The notes below the pieces were generated by a model. It was not told where the DNA came from and did no database searches. It saw only the letters and a program-made list of their open reading frames with translations. This document shows, one piece after another, positions 41,441-51,449 of a stretch of DNA of 64,000 nucleotides (within the stretch, counting starts at the first letter, position 1; every line of letters starts with the position of its first letter). Source of the DNA: an uncultured Armatimonadia bacterium (GTDB lineage: Bacteria > Armatimonadota > Zipacnadia > CAVVLO01); the NCBI GenBank assembly GCA_963749155.1, contig CAVVLO010000003.1, positions 160,001-224,000 of the forward strand, read 5' to 3'. The position numbers and the translations under genes were made by a program.

Positions 41441-43657
41441 TTACCGAGGCGCTAGCCTGAATACTCTGGCCTCACCCGCCGGCACAATCACCTGCGCCGC
41501 TGGTAGCAGTTGCTCGGTTGTCGCGAGGTCGGTCAGCTCAGTGTCAAGTGAGAAGCCGGCCTCTTGCTGCCCAAAGTTGGCGGCCAGCACGTAGGGGACG
41601 CCGTCGGCCCCGGGTAGGCTGACGACCCGCAGGGCCTCACTTGCGAGAAGGCGTTGCCCCTGCTTCGCAAGCAACGCAGTCTCCTCTCCAGAGGCGCCCG
41701 CCCGCAGCGCAAAACCAAGGTCGAAGAGGACCGTCTCCGGGTCATAAGCCTGCAAGCCAACTTGCCTGCCCGCCCAGACCTCGTCAGCCCAGAGCATCCC
41801 GCCGCCCTCCCAAGGGTCCTGGCCTTTCGTGGCTCTAAGGCCGATCTGGCGCCTGCCGGGCCGATACAGCTCCAGTTCCTCAAGGCCGTAGAGGGCCGCG
41901 AGCCCCAGCCGCCCTTCGACGTTCAGCCAGGGAGAGCCAGTCCGCCAGGTCTCCTCCTCGGCCCCTATGCCCTGCAACTCGCACTCGCCATCTTCAGTGA
42001 AGTATTTCCTCTTGCCGCCGTTGAACAGGTCGTTGGGGATTAGCCACCCGATGCCAGCGCGCTCGGTCAGGTAGAGGCGCCTTGCAGGCGTGACAGCGCA
42101 TTGAAACACAACCAGGGTCGCATCATCGGGCAAGGCTGCCGCGACCAGGCGGATCCGGGCCGTCTCCTCCGCCGGTTGCCCCTCGGCGAGCATTGGCCCG
42201 GAGCGGCACGAGACCTCTCCCCAAGTCAGGAAGCCTCCCTCGAAGGGCTGTTCAGTGTGCGAGAGCAGCGTCCGGTCGTCGGTCCTTCCTTGCCCCATGA
42301 CTCGCCCAGTGAGGTGCTCCTTCCACTCCGCCAGGTCGCTGCCAGCTGTGGGAAGACAGAGGCCCTGTGGCTTCTCGGCCGCAAGCCAGCACCAGGAAGC
42401 CACCCGCCGCTTGCCTCTTTGGAGGACGGCGCCATGGTATTCGTCGCTCCAGGCGAAGTCCTTGGCAGGCAGTGGAGTCACAGTGTCCGGCACTTCAAGC
42501 CGCCTGCGCCAGTAGGCGCCCATCGAGAGACTGGCTGCGCGATCGGATTCCAGCCGCGTGTAGTAGAGGGGCGAAGCTGTGGCGAGTTCGGCGCAACGCT
42601 CGGAGAGAAAGCTGCCATCGCCGTTGGTATTGCACTCACGCCCGACCTGCTCGAGCCAGCCGGCCTCGAAAGCCGCCGCGTGCTCGTCCTCCCAGAGCTG
42701 ACTCGCCATAAGCCAGACGGGGATGGCGTAATCCTGACAATAGCAATATCTGACCCGCGTGTCGCCGCCAATTCGCAGCAATCGCCCATCTGCGAAGTGG
42801 CCTTGCTTCACCAACCGCCACAGGTCCTGCGCGTGGTGATACAGGGCCTCGGGGGCGATCAGTCCGGCGCTCTGGCATGCGAGATGCAGCATCGCCACCT
42901 GCGACAGGCAGATGACCATATAGCCGACGTTGAGGTACCCATGATGGTTGAGAGAGTAGCTGGGGAAGAAGTTTTCCCCCACATGCCACTCGGACAGCGG
43001 CCTGCCCTCATACAGGGTCGCCGAAGTTGCATCTTCAGGTACCGAGATACCATTCAACAGGAAGCGCGTGCCCTTGTCGCGCCACTCAGCCGCGCGCGGA
43101 TGGTCGGGGTACAGCAGCGCGGTGCGGTGTAGTAGCGCGCCGTTCCACAGGTTGCTTTCGGGCTTGTTGTGCTGGATGGGGCCAGCCTCGACGGGATACT
43201 CGTCGGTAAGCCAGTCGCACTCGCTGGCCAACACTGTGGCAAGCAGCATCTCGTCTCCAGCCGAGAGGTGAGGTCTGAGAGCCTCTACACCGTGCATCAT
43301 ACGCTCGATACCCAGCGCGCTAATCCAGGTATGGCCCCAACGCGTGCCATCGGTGCAGTGATAGCCGCCGACCAGGTGGCTTTCCAAGGAGAAGCGCAGC
43401 ATCGCATGCGATTTCGCGAGCAACTCTTCTCTTCCGGCTCCGGCGCGACTTTCATCGAGGTCCGGGTCAGTCGCCAGCACCGCGAAAGCGGCAAGCGCCT
43501 TCTGATGCGTCTGCACGCCCCAGCCATTGTAGCCGGGGCCATAGCAGAGCAGCTCCGGCCTGTCGGGCGGGCGATATTCCCACTGCTCTGCAGCGCGCAC
43601 CCAGGGCTCGAGCAGGCGCAAATAATCAGAAGCGGTTGGGGGAGGCAGTTTTTTCAT
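41441..43657 (-). CDS. Hypothetical protein (738 aa); helical N-half and beta-rich C-half, possibly lyase-like
   Basis: Long ORF with ESNLWNG, NHHGYLNVGY, GGDTRVRYCYCQDY motifs; no signal peptide. Confidence 0.7.
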   Translation of the reverse strand: MKKLPPPTASDYLRLLEPWVRAAEQWEYRPPDRPELLCYGPGYNGWGVQTHQKALAAFAVLATDPDLDESRAGAGREELLAKSHAMLRFSLESHLVGGYHCTDGTRWGHTWISALGIERMMHGVEALRPHLSAGDEMLLATVLASECDWLTDEYPVEAGPIQHNKPESNLWNGALLHRTALLYPDHPRAAEWRDKGTRFLLNGISVPEDATSATLYEGRPLSEWHVGENFFPSYSLNHHGYLNVGYMVICLSQVAMLHLACQSAGLIAPEALYHHAQDLWRLVKQGHFADGRLLRIGGDTRVRYCYCQDYAIPVWLMASQLWEDEHAAAFEAGWLEQVGRECNTNGDGSFLSERCAELATASPLYYTRLESDRAASLSMGAYWRRRLEVPDTVTPLPAKDFAWSDEYHGAVLQRGKRRVASWCWLAAEKPQGLCLPTAGSDLAEWKEHLTGRVMGQGRTDDRTLLSHTEQPFEGGFLTWGEVSCRSGPMLAEGQPAEETARIRLVAAALPDDATLVVFQCAVTPARRLYLTERAGIGWLIPNDLFNGGKRKYFTEDGECELQGIGAEEETWRTGSPWLNVEGRLGLAALYGLEELELYRPGRRQIGLRATKGQDPWEGGGMLWADEVWAGRQVGLQAYDPETVLFDLGFALRAGASGEETALLAKQGQRLLASEALRVVSLPGADGVPYVLAANFGQQEAGFSLDTELTDLATTEQLLPAAQVIVPAGEARVFRLAPR

Positions 43658-43764
43658 ACTGGCTTTTTCTGCGTGTCCTGGTTCCTGCCTGCTAGACTGG
43701 AAGGAACTCTTCATCTTCTAGCGAATCCTCACTTATCACCAGAAATCGCAAGGAGTAACTACCC

Positions 43765-44925
43765 ATGACCAATCGCGAGAACCTGCTCGCCATACTCAAT
43801 TATGAAGACTACGACCGCGTCCCCGTGTTGCACTTCGGCTTCCTCTACGACACCTTGCTGAAATGGCACCAGGAAGGTCATCTCACCGAAGAAGAATTCG
43901 CCCGGGCCTGCACAGCGGACCAGTCAATCGAGCTTGAAGAGCTAACCGCCAAACTCGGTTTCGATGTCGCCTATCACCGGGTCTTCGGGATGAATACCGC
44001 TATCTCGCCCCTGTTCGAGTCGAAAGTCCTCGAAGAGCTGCCCGATGGCGGGCGCAAGATCCTCTCGCCTTATGGCGCCATCCAGCTTCAGAAGCCCGGC
44101 GCAGGCAGCATCCCGATGGAGTTCGAGCACGCCCTCAAAGGGCGCGCCGAGTGGGAGGAACTCTTCAAGCCGCGCTTGCAGTTCTTCCCCGAGCGGGTCG
44201 AGGGTGTCCATGTCAACTGCGAAGACGAGATGCGGCGCTTCGATGACGGCGGCCTGGACTATCTGAAGGAAACTGACCACGATAATCATTATCTGCTGCA
44301 TTGTGGCAGTCTTTACGGCACCTTGCGTGACTATATCGGGATGGAATCGCTCGCTTACCTGACCGCCGACGATGAGGACCTGGTCGTCGAGATGATAGAG
44401 GTCAACGCGGAGCTGTGCTACCAGTGCACCAAATACGCCCTCGAGGCGGGCGCGAAGTTCGATATCGCCCATTTCTGGGAGGATATCTGCTACAAGAACG
44501 GCCCACTGGTGAATCCGGCTTTCTTCGCCGAATATGTCGGTCCTCAATACAAACGCATCGTTGACCTGGTGGCGAGTTATGGCATCGATCTCGTCTCCCT
44601 GGACTGCGACGGGATGATAGACAAGCTGGTGCCCATCTGGCTTGAGGCGGGCGTGAACGTGATGTTCCCGATAGAGGTCGGCACCTGGGGCGCCAGCATC
44701 GAACCCTGGCGCGAGCAGTACGGTAAGCAGGTGCGCGGCGTTGGCGGGATGAGGAAACACATCCTCGCGCACGATTATGCGGCCGTGGACGCCGAAGTCG
44801 AGCGGTTGAAGCGCCTCGTGGACCTCGGCGGCTTCGTCCCCTGCCCCGACCATCGCATTGCCGACGACGCCGAATGGGAGAATGTGCAGTACTACTGCGA
44901 CCGGATGCACGAGGTGTTTGGGTAG
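43765..44925 (+). CDS. Uroporphyrinogen decarboxylase / MtaA-like family protein
   Basis: MTNREN, FWEDICYKNGPL, LDCDG, FPIEVG, GGFVPCPDH; RBS AGGAG. Confidence 0.85.
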   Translation: MTNRENLLAILNYEDYDRVPVLHFGFLYDTLLKWHQEGHLTEEEFARACTADQSIELEELTAKLGFDVAYHRVFGMNTAISPLFESKVLEELPDGGRKILSPYGAIQLQKPGAGSIPMEFEHALKGRAEWEELFKPRLQFFPERVEGVHVNCEDEMRRFDDGGLDYLKETDHDNHYLLHCGSLYGTLRDYIGMESLAYLTADDEDLVVEMIEVNAELCYQCTKYALEAGAKFDIAHFWEDICYKNGPLVNPAFFAEYVGPQYKRIVDLVASYGIDLVSLDCDGMIDKLVPIWLEAGVNVMFPIEVGTWGASIEPWREQYGKQVRGVGGMRKHILAHDYAAVDAEVERLKRLVDLGGFVPCPDHRIADDAEWENVQYYCDRMHEVFG

Positions 44926-44958
44926 AGAATCCCTTCTTCACTTTTGCGAGGCAGAAAT

Positions 44959-46362
44959 ATGGGCAATCCAGAAACCGAGCTTACTGGTCCTGTGCCTGGC
45001 CATCTGCCCTCCAGGCTGACCATCTCGCTCTGGATGTGGCTCTGGCTTACCGAGACCCAGGAGGGTGAATACTACTCGGACCTGGAGCAGTGTTTCACCG
45101 AGCTTGTCGCGCGAGGCTTCAATACCATACGGATCGACTGTCTGCTGCTCTGGCTGTGGGATGAACAGGGCAATCCCCGCCGTAATGTGGCGATCGGGAA
45201 TGTCGCCGAGCCTGGCTATTGTAATAACGTGCCAGGTTACGAGGCGCGCGGTGGTTTCAGCGTAGCAGACCCACTTGGCAAGCTGTTCGAGCTGTTCGAG
45301 CTTGCGAAACGTCATGATGTCTATCTGGCGCTATCAAACTGGGGCTTCCACGAAGGCCACAGCACGACCTTCCTGGCCAACGAGGCGGAGAGAGCAGCTA
45401 TCTGGGCAATCCCAGAAGAGCGTCGGCTGATGCTTCTGGCAGAGCGTTACGAGCGACTGCTGACCGAGGCAAAACGGCGGGGTTTGCTGGATCGGATCGC
45501 TTATGTTGAACTCCATAACGAGCTGACAGGTATCGCCCACGCTTTTGGGGGTCGGCCAGCCACCAAAATCGGCACCGAAGAGGCCCTCTCCTGGCTGCAG
45601 ATCCGCTTCCCCGAGCTACTCTTCTGCGGAGATTACGACCTGGATGTGCCCGCGGATTACGCCTTCGACTACAACCTGACGGTCAGCTTCGCCGAAAACT
45701 TCCCCAGCAACTTGCAGGTACTGGATCATCATCTCTACTGTTTCGGCATCTGGAAGGAGTTTGTCGTCAGGGCAGGTTTCCTGCAAGATCCTGCTCCATA
45801 CGGTGGACTTGATGCCTATTTCGAGCATCTCGAACAGCACAACGCCTTCTATCGAGAAGTCTTGAAACCAGACAGACCAAGTTGGCCTGAGTACAAAAGC
45901 CACCTGACCACCTGGGTTGGCGCCCAGCCCCTGATGTACCTGCTCGAACACCTGGACCCAGAGCGCTTCGACTACTGGCTTCTGAAGCATTTTTCCAGGT
46001 ATGAGGACCGTATGCTGGGCTTCTGGAAGAACAATATCCAGTTCTTCGGCCACCTGGCCAGGCAGCGCAATATACCTGTCGTCTGCGATGAAGGTTATAT
46101 CTTCTGGATGCCCACCAACTCGCTCTTCGACACGACAGCTATTGGTCGCAGCCTAATCGAATATATTGCTACGACAATGAGAGACAACGGTTATTGGGGG
46201 ATTATGCTTTCTTCCTATGCCTTTCCAGGGATGCCCCTGTGGACCAGGGAAGCCGAATGGCTTTCGAAGGTCAACACTGGACTGATCCAATCTGCCCCCA
46301 AAGTCTCAGGCGCGCAGCTTCTTGATAATCAACCTCACACTGGCAACCGCAGCCCTGACTAG
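44959..46362 (+). CDS. Cellulase-like (clan GH-A) family protein
   Basis: RLTISLW, RGFNTIRID, acid/base YVELHNE, nucleophile VVCDEG, GYWG. Confidence 0.78.
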   Translation: MGNPETELTGPVPGHLPSRLTISLWMWLWLTETQEGEYYSDLEQCFTELVARGFNTIRIDCLLLWLWDEQGNPRRNVAIGNVAEPGYCNNVPGYEARGGFSVADPLGKLFELFELAKRHDVYLALSNWGFHEGHSTTFLANEAERAAIWAIPEERRLMLLAERYERLLTEAKRRGLLDRIAYVELHNELTGIAHAFGGRPATKIGTEEALSWLQIRFPELLFCGDYDLDVPADYAFDYNLTVSFAENFPSNLQVLDHHLYCFGIWKEFVVRAGFLQDPAPYGGLDAYFEHLEQHNAFYREVLKPDRPSWPEYKSHLTTWVGAQPLMYLLEHLDPERFDYWLLKHFSRYEDRMLGFWKNNIQFFGHLARQRNIPVVCDEGYIFWMPTNSLFDTTAIGRSLIEYIATTMRDNGYWGIMLSSYAFPGMPLWTREAEWLSKVNTGLIQSAPKVSGAQLLDNQPHTGNRSPD

Positions 46363-46397
46363 CCGTCAAGGAACCAGGTCTTGCTTAGGAGATACAA

Positions 46398-48633
46398 TTG
46401 AGACTGCCGAATCTGCCTCTAGTCAGTGGATTATTAGTGCTCCTGATATTGGGAAGCGCCCAAGCCGTCGAGCTACCCAGGCTCGACTGGACGGAGCGTT
46501 CTGACTGGCTGAATGTGCAGACTGATGTGTCGCCAGCGGCGGTTGGAGATGGCCTGGCAGATGACACCGCGGCCTTGCAAGCGGCCCTGGATACAGTCGT
46601 AGATGGCACCACCGTCTACCTGCCCCCTGGCACTTACCGGATAACCGAGACCCTGACCTTGCGCGGCCCAAGGCACGGCTTCTTGCTGCTAGGGCATGGC
46701 CGAGATACCACTTTGCTGTGGGATGGCGAGGAAGGCGGCAAGCTCTTCCTCGATGACGGCGTGGCGTATAGCCGGTATGTCGGGCTTACTTTCGAGGGCC
46801 AGAGCAAGGCTGCGGTGGGTTTCTACCATTACAGCGACCTGCGTTTCGAGACCGAAGTCCGCCATCAACACCTGGCCTTCCGCAACTTTACCGACGCGGG
46901 CATACTCGCCGAGAATAACGACCGCTTTGCGACCGCCGAGACGCTGTTTGAGAACTGCCTTTTCGAGAATTGCAGGCGAGGGGTCTCCTTCACCCAGTTC
47001 AACGATTATGATTACACCTTCGATGGATGCGAATTTGTGGACAGCGAGACCGCCATCGAGTGCGCCCACGGCAACTTCTACGTCCGCAACTGCCACTTCG
47101 AGCACAGCCGAGTGGTGGATATCAGTTCTGCCCCCGAGCATGGCAGCTCGCTTCGCCGGTGCACCTCGGTCGGCTCTAACGCCTTCCTGCACTTCGGCAA
47201 TGCGGTTGCTCCGATGACCTTGCAGGATTGCCAGATTGAAGGCTGGACGAGTCCCGAGGGCGCGGTGCGGCTTGCGGGCGCGCCAGTCTTGCTCTTTGAT
47301 TGTGTCTTCACCAAGGGGCCTGAGGGAAGCGTCCCCATACAGGCAGGCAACGGGCAGCGGATATTCCTCTCCGAGAATTCGGCTCCGGGCGCGCCTTCTC
47401 TCATCGAAGCGCCTTCTGATGCGGTTGTCTACACCATACCGGCCGGCCAGCGCAGTGGACTGCTTACTTCCGCCAGGCAGTCCTTTTTTACCGAGACTGC
47501 CCCTGTTCCGACCAAGGTATTCGACGCGAAGGTGGACTTCGGCGCGAAGGGCGACGGCGCCACCGATGACACTGCGGCAGTGCAGGCAACTGTGGATGCG
47601 GCGCGCGAAGCCGGAGAAGGCGCTCTGGCTTATTTGCCGACTGGTTCTTACCTAATAACGAATACTATCAAGTTATCAGGCAGCAATTACTCCCTCGGGG
47701 GCAGCGGCTGGAACAGCCGGCTTGTCTGGCGAGGGGCGGAAGGAGGCACGCTGATTGAGGTGAGCGAGCCCCAAAATGTTACGCTCGAACACCTGGCCGT
47801 CGGCAACCATGACAGCGGCCAGATGACCAACGCGGTGGACATCCACCAGTCCGGCACGGTACTCTGGCTCCCGGATGACTTATGACGGGGTATTTGCCTA
47901 CGGGATGTACCAGTTGCAGCCTGACAGGAAAGGCTTCGTATTTGAGGGACTCGGTCCTGAAGATATTGTCCTGATGCCCCATGTGCAGGGCAACCTGCGC
48001 TTTCGCGACTGTGGCGAGGCGACGGTGCTTGCGAAAGTCTCATACGAAGGCTCCATCACGGTCGAGGGGAAGCAGCAGCAACGTGGCGGACTACTTGGCT
48101 TCCAGACGCGCCTGGCGACCCTTGTGACGCATGCCCTTTACCTGCGCGACAACCAGAGCCTGGTTGCAAGTGACTTCTATATCGAGCAGGCTCAAAACGG
48201 ATTCGTGCTAGAGGGAGAGCCAGGCTTGCCCCCCGGCAGGCTGACTCTGCAAGGGCCGAAGCTGCACTTCAATCCGAGCGATCCCCCAGGCGTTGCGCTG
48301 ACGATCAACGGCTACGAAGGTCAAGTAGCGTTTGGCCCTCAGCAATTCTACATAGAACCTCGCAAGGCTGCTTTACGCTGGCAGGGGACCGCCCCTCTGG
48401 ATGTTATTGTCTTTGCTTCGACCTTCTACGGGACGGAACCTGACTTCGATCAGGGGGAGGGACTGAGGCTCGCGCTCATCGGCAACCGGGCGATAGATAT
48501 CAAACTGGACCAGTCGGATGCAAGCGCAGATATGGCGCCAGACGGCACGCTGGGACGCCTGGCTGACGCCCTTGACGACCTCAGGCGGCTAGGAGAAATC
48601 GATTTACGTCTTACTCATCCGGAGGTGCTTTGA
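46398..48633 (+). CDS. Secreted tandem beta-helix (two pectate_lyase_3 caps) protein; frameshift at about 47865
   Basis: Signal peptide; AVGDGLADDTAALQ and FGAKGDGATDDTAAVQ; continues in ORF 47875-48633. Confidence 0.8.
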
Positions 48634-48673
48634 GAAGCTGAACAACGAAGACCAGGAGCCTGGCTACTAGTGC

Positions 48674-48723
48674 TTGACATTCGAGGAATAACCGCTATGA
48701 TTATCACGTAGTAATAATTACGA
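48674..48723 (+). promoter_or_regulatory. Promoter with a Per/Fur-type 7-1-7 box
   Basis: TTGACA-16 nt-TATGAT (48674-48701); TAGTAAT-A-ATTACGA at 48709-48723. Confidence 0.75.
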
Positions 48724-48736
48724 GGGAGTAATCAAT

Positions 48737-49198
48737 CTGGCATCTCACGAAACCCAACTCGACGATGTGGTCCTGACCTTCAATGAAGTATGCAGGCAGC
48801 TTGGAATCCGGGCAACTCATCAGCGGGCCGAGATATTCCGCGAACTGGTAAAGAGCCAAGAGCATCCTGACGCCAAGACCATCTATCTGAGGGTTCGCAA
48901 GCGCATACCGACTATCTCTTTTGATACTGTCTATCGCAATCTGCGCCTGATGGAAGAACAAGGGGCTATCTCCAAAATCGGTGCTGGAGTCGAAACAATG
49001 CGTTTTGACGCGGTCACCGCCCCCCATCATCATTTTGTATGCAGGCGCTGTGGGAAGATCCGGGATATCTACAGGGACGAATGGAATGACCTCCAGCGTC
49101 CACCTGGTATTGATGAGCTGGGCGATATCGAGTCTATCCACGTCGAAGTGCGCGGCCTTTGTGCCGATTGTCTTAAAGCCAAAGCCAAGCCCCAGTGA
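48737..49198 (+). CDS. perR: Fur-family regulator, PerR-like
   Basis: THQR, EHPDA, TVYRNL, RFD..HHHFVCRRCG.IRD, GLCADC; Asp-type metal ligands as in PerR. Start is CTG 48737 (after GAGGGAG) or GTG 48767. Confidence 0.8.
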   Translation: MASHETQLDDVVLTFNEVCRQLGIRATHQRAEIFRELVKSQEHPDAKTIYLRVRKRIPTISFDTVYRNLRLMEEQGAISKIGAGVETMRFDAVTAPHHHFVCRRCGKIRDIYRDEWNDLQRPPGIDELGDIESIHVEVRGLCADCLKAKAKPQ

Positions 49199-49234
49199 CC
49201 AGGGGCGGCAGTTGCTCTTTTTTTGCGAATAATA

Positions 49235-49249
49235 TAGTAATGATTATTA
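49235..49249 (+). promoter_or_regulatory. Second Per/Fur-type 7-1-7 box, upstream of the Dps-like gene
   Basis: TAGTAAT-G-ATTATTA. Confidence 0.7.
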
Positions 49250-49388
49250 TATAGTTATCGTTTGTGCTTACGAAAATTTTGGAGGTGGTAACTGATATTA
49301 GGCCAGGGGGGCGCAGAGCGTATCCTGTCCAGACTACCTTGCGAAGTATTCACGACCACTTTTGAGTCTCAACTCCAGGAGGAGAACT

Positions 49389-49946
49389 ATGGAACTGGTA
49401 TCAAGGCAGTTAGTTGAAAAAGCTGGTATCAATGTAGATGAGTTGCTGAAGCTGCTCATCACCAACGCCTCGGCTGAGCTTACGACCTTCTACTATTACA
49501 CCATCCTGCGCATCAACCTGATAGGGATGGAGGGTGAAGGCCTTAAGGAGATCGCCGAGGACGCCCGTATCGAGGACCGCAACCACTTCGAGGCGCTCGT
49601 GCCGCGTATCTACGAGCTTGGTGGCAAGCTTCCGAACTGCATGAAAGAGTTCCACGATATGTCGGCTTGCCCGCCGGCGCGCTTGCCGGATGATCCAACC
49701 GATACAAAGGCCCTTGTGGAGATCCTGCTCAAGGCCGAACAGTGCGCGGTTAATGGTTACACCCATCTGTGTAATCTGACTTGTGGCAAGGACCATCGCA
49801 CCTACGACCTGGTGCTCGCCATATTGAACGAGGAAATCGAGCATGAGGCCTGGTTTGCCGAGTTTCTTGGGCAGGGGCCCTCTGGTCACTTCAAGCGCCG
49901 CACCATCGGCGAGTCCCCCTTTGTTTCCAAGTTCTTGCATCCCTGA
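49389..49946 (+). CDS. dps: Dps-like (DpsL) ferritin-superfamily protein
   Basis: AELTTFYYYTILR, EDARIEDRNHFEAL, SACPP, AEQCAV, KDHRTYDL, EEIEHEAWF, GHF; RBS AGGAGG. Confidence 0.9.
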   Translation: MELVSRQLVEKAGINVDELLKLLITNASAELTTFYYYTILRINLIGMEGEGLKEIAEDARIEDRNHFEALVPRIYELGGKLPNCMKEFHDMSACPPARLPDDPTDTKALVEILLKAEQCAVNGYTHLCNLTCGKDHRTYDLVLAILNEEIEHEAWFAEFLGQGPSGHFKRRTIGESPFVSKFLHP

Positions 49947-49967
49947 GTCCAGAAGGCCACGAGAAAT

Positions 49968-50000
49968 GAGGGGCGCTCTTGACGCGCCCCTTATTTTTTT
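49968..50000 (+). terminator. Rho-independent terminator
   Basis: GAGGGGCGC-TCTTGAC-GCGCCCCTT-ATTTTTTT. Confidence 0.8.
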
Positions 50001-50077
50001 ATGCCGCAGGGCTTGCTACTAGCGCTGGCGAATTGCTACAACAGCTTATTGGAAGCGAAGTTTTATGGAGGTGCCAG

Positions 50078-50248
50078 ATGGCTCACGTAAAGCAAATAGG
50101 TGAAGTATGGCGTTGCGAAGTGTGCGGCAATGTAGTTGAAGTGCTCGAGTCCGGTGGCGGAGAACTCCTCTGCTGTGGCGGGCCGATGGTGAAAGTCGAG
50201 GAAGAAGAAGACGAGGACGAAGAAGAGGAAGAAGAAGACGACGACTAA
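50078..50248 (+). CDS. Desulforedoxin-type FeS4 protein with a poly-acidic tail
   Basis: [22 protein letters not shown] followed by 16 consecutive D/E; RBS GGAGG. Confidence 0.88.
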   Translation: MAHVKQIGEVWRCEVCGNVVEVLESGGGELLCCGGPMVKVEEEEDEDEEEEEEDDD

Positions 50249-50260
50249 ACAAGGAGCCTG

Positions 50261-51115
50261 ATGGACCACCTTTGGCTTGCTTTCGGGCTGACACTCGGGG
50301 CGGGGATGGCCACTGGTATCGGCAGCATAATCGCCTTTACTGCCAAACGCACCGATTTTCGGTTGCTGTCGATTGCTACGGGATTCTCGGCCGGCGTAAT
50401 GTTGTATGTCTCCTTCGTCGAGATACTGGCAAAGGGGATGGACGAGCTTGTCGATGCCTATGGCCAGGATATGGCTCTCTGGGCCAATGCAGGTTCTTTC
50501 TTCGCGGGAATACTGCTGATTGCGCTGATAGACAGGCTGGTGCCGTCTTTTGAGAATCCGCATGAGCCGCCCACCGAACAGGTAAATCTCATCCTCCAGG
50601 ACACTCAGGCGCCCAGCTTGAAAAACCAGGGCCTGGACACTGCCAAGCTTCAGCGGATGGGCCTTTTTACGGCGCTGGCGATCACAATCCACAACTTTCC
50701 CGAAGGGATGGCAACCTTCCTTGCGGCTTTGAAAGACCCAAGCGCCGGCATCGCAATCGCCATCGCACTGGCCTTGCATAACATCCCCGAAGGCATCAGC
50801 GTGTCAGTGCCGATATTTTTCGCCACTGGTAAAAAACGTTCAGCGTTTGTCTATTCAGTACTCAGCGGGCTGGCTGAGCCTGTTGGCGCAGGGGTAGGCT
50901 ACCTGGCTATCCGCCTGGCTTTCGGCGGCGAGTCGGGATTAATCCCTCCCCAGGTTATGGGCCTGCTGTTTGGCGCTGTAGCGGGCATAATGGTCTATAT
51001 CAGCCTGGATGAGTTGCTGCCAACAAGTCGGGCTTATGGCAAAGAACATGACAGCCTTATCGGGCTGGTGCTTGGGATGGCCCTGATGGCGCTCAGCCTG
51101 ATACTGATGGCCTAA
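50261..51115 (+). CDS. zupT: ZIP-family metal transporter
   Basis: [39 protein letters not shown]. Confidence 0.93.
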   Translation: MDHLWLAFGLTLGAGMATGIGSIIAFTAKRTDFRLLSIATGFSAGVMLYVSFVEILAKGMDELVDAYGQDMALWANAGSFFAGILLIALIDRLVPSFENPHEPPTEQVNLILQDTQAPSLKNQGLDTAKLQRMGLFTALAITIHNFPEGMATFLAALKDPSAGIAIAIALALHNIPEGISVSVPIFFATGKKRSAFVYSVLSGLAEPVGAGVGYLAIRLAFGGESGLIPPQVMGLLFGAVAGIMVYISLDELLPTSRAYGKEHDSLIGLVLGMALMALSLILMA

Positions 51116-51339
51116 TAGACCGTGTCTTCCTTCGGTGTTGCGCGCTCCACAAACAACTGGCCGTTGGGCAGCATATCGTCCGAGGGCGGCGTGCCGTGTT
51201 CCAGGCGGTATTGCTTGCGTTTACACTCGTTCTGCTTCACGCCCTGGCAGTACAATTTGATGAAGCCTCTGCAGGCCAGGCCTTGCTCATCACAGTGTTT
51301 TTTGAAGAATCCACATTTCGCCAGCAGTTCGCATTCCAT
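51112..51339 (-). CDS. Small Cys-rich hypothetical protein
   Basis: [35 protein letters not shown]. Confidence 0.7.
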   Translation of the reverse strand: MECELLAKCGFFKKHCDEQGLACRGFIKLYCQGVKQNECKRKQYRLEHGTPPSDDMLPNGQLFVERATPKEDTVY

Positions 51340-51449
51340 TGTCTACCTGCCTCCGATTACAACCAACACCGGCCGATTTATCGGCTCGAAGCTAGTAATC
51401 GGCTTTCCGGAGGCAAAGCTTTAAGGCAATCGAAAAAAAACTGAAGTTT

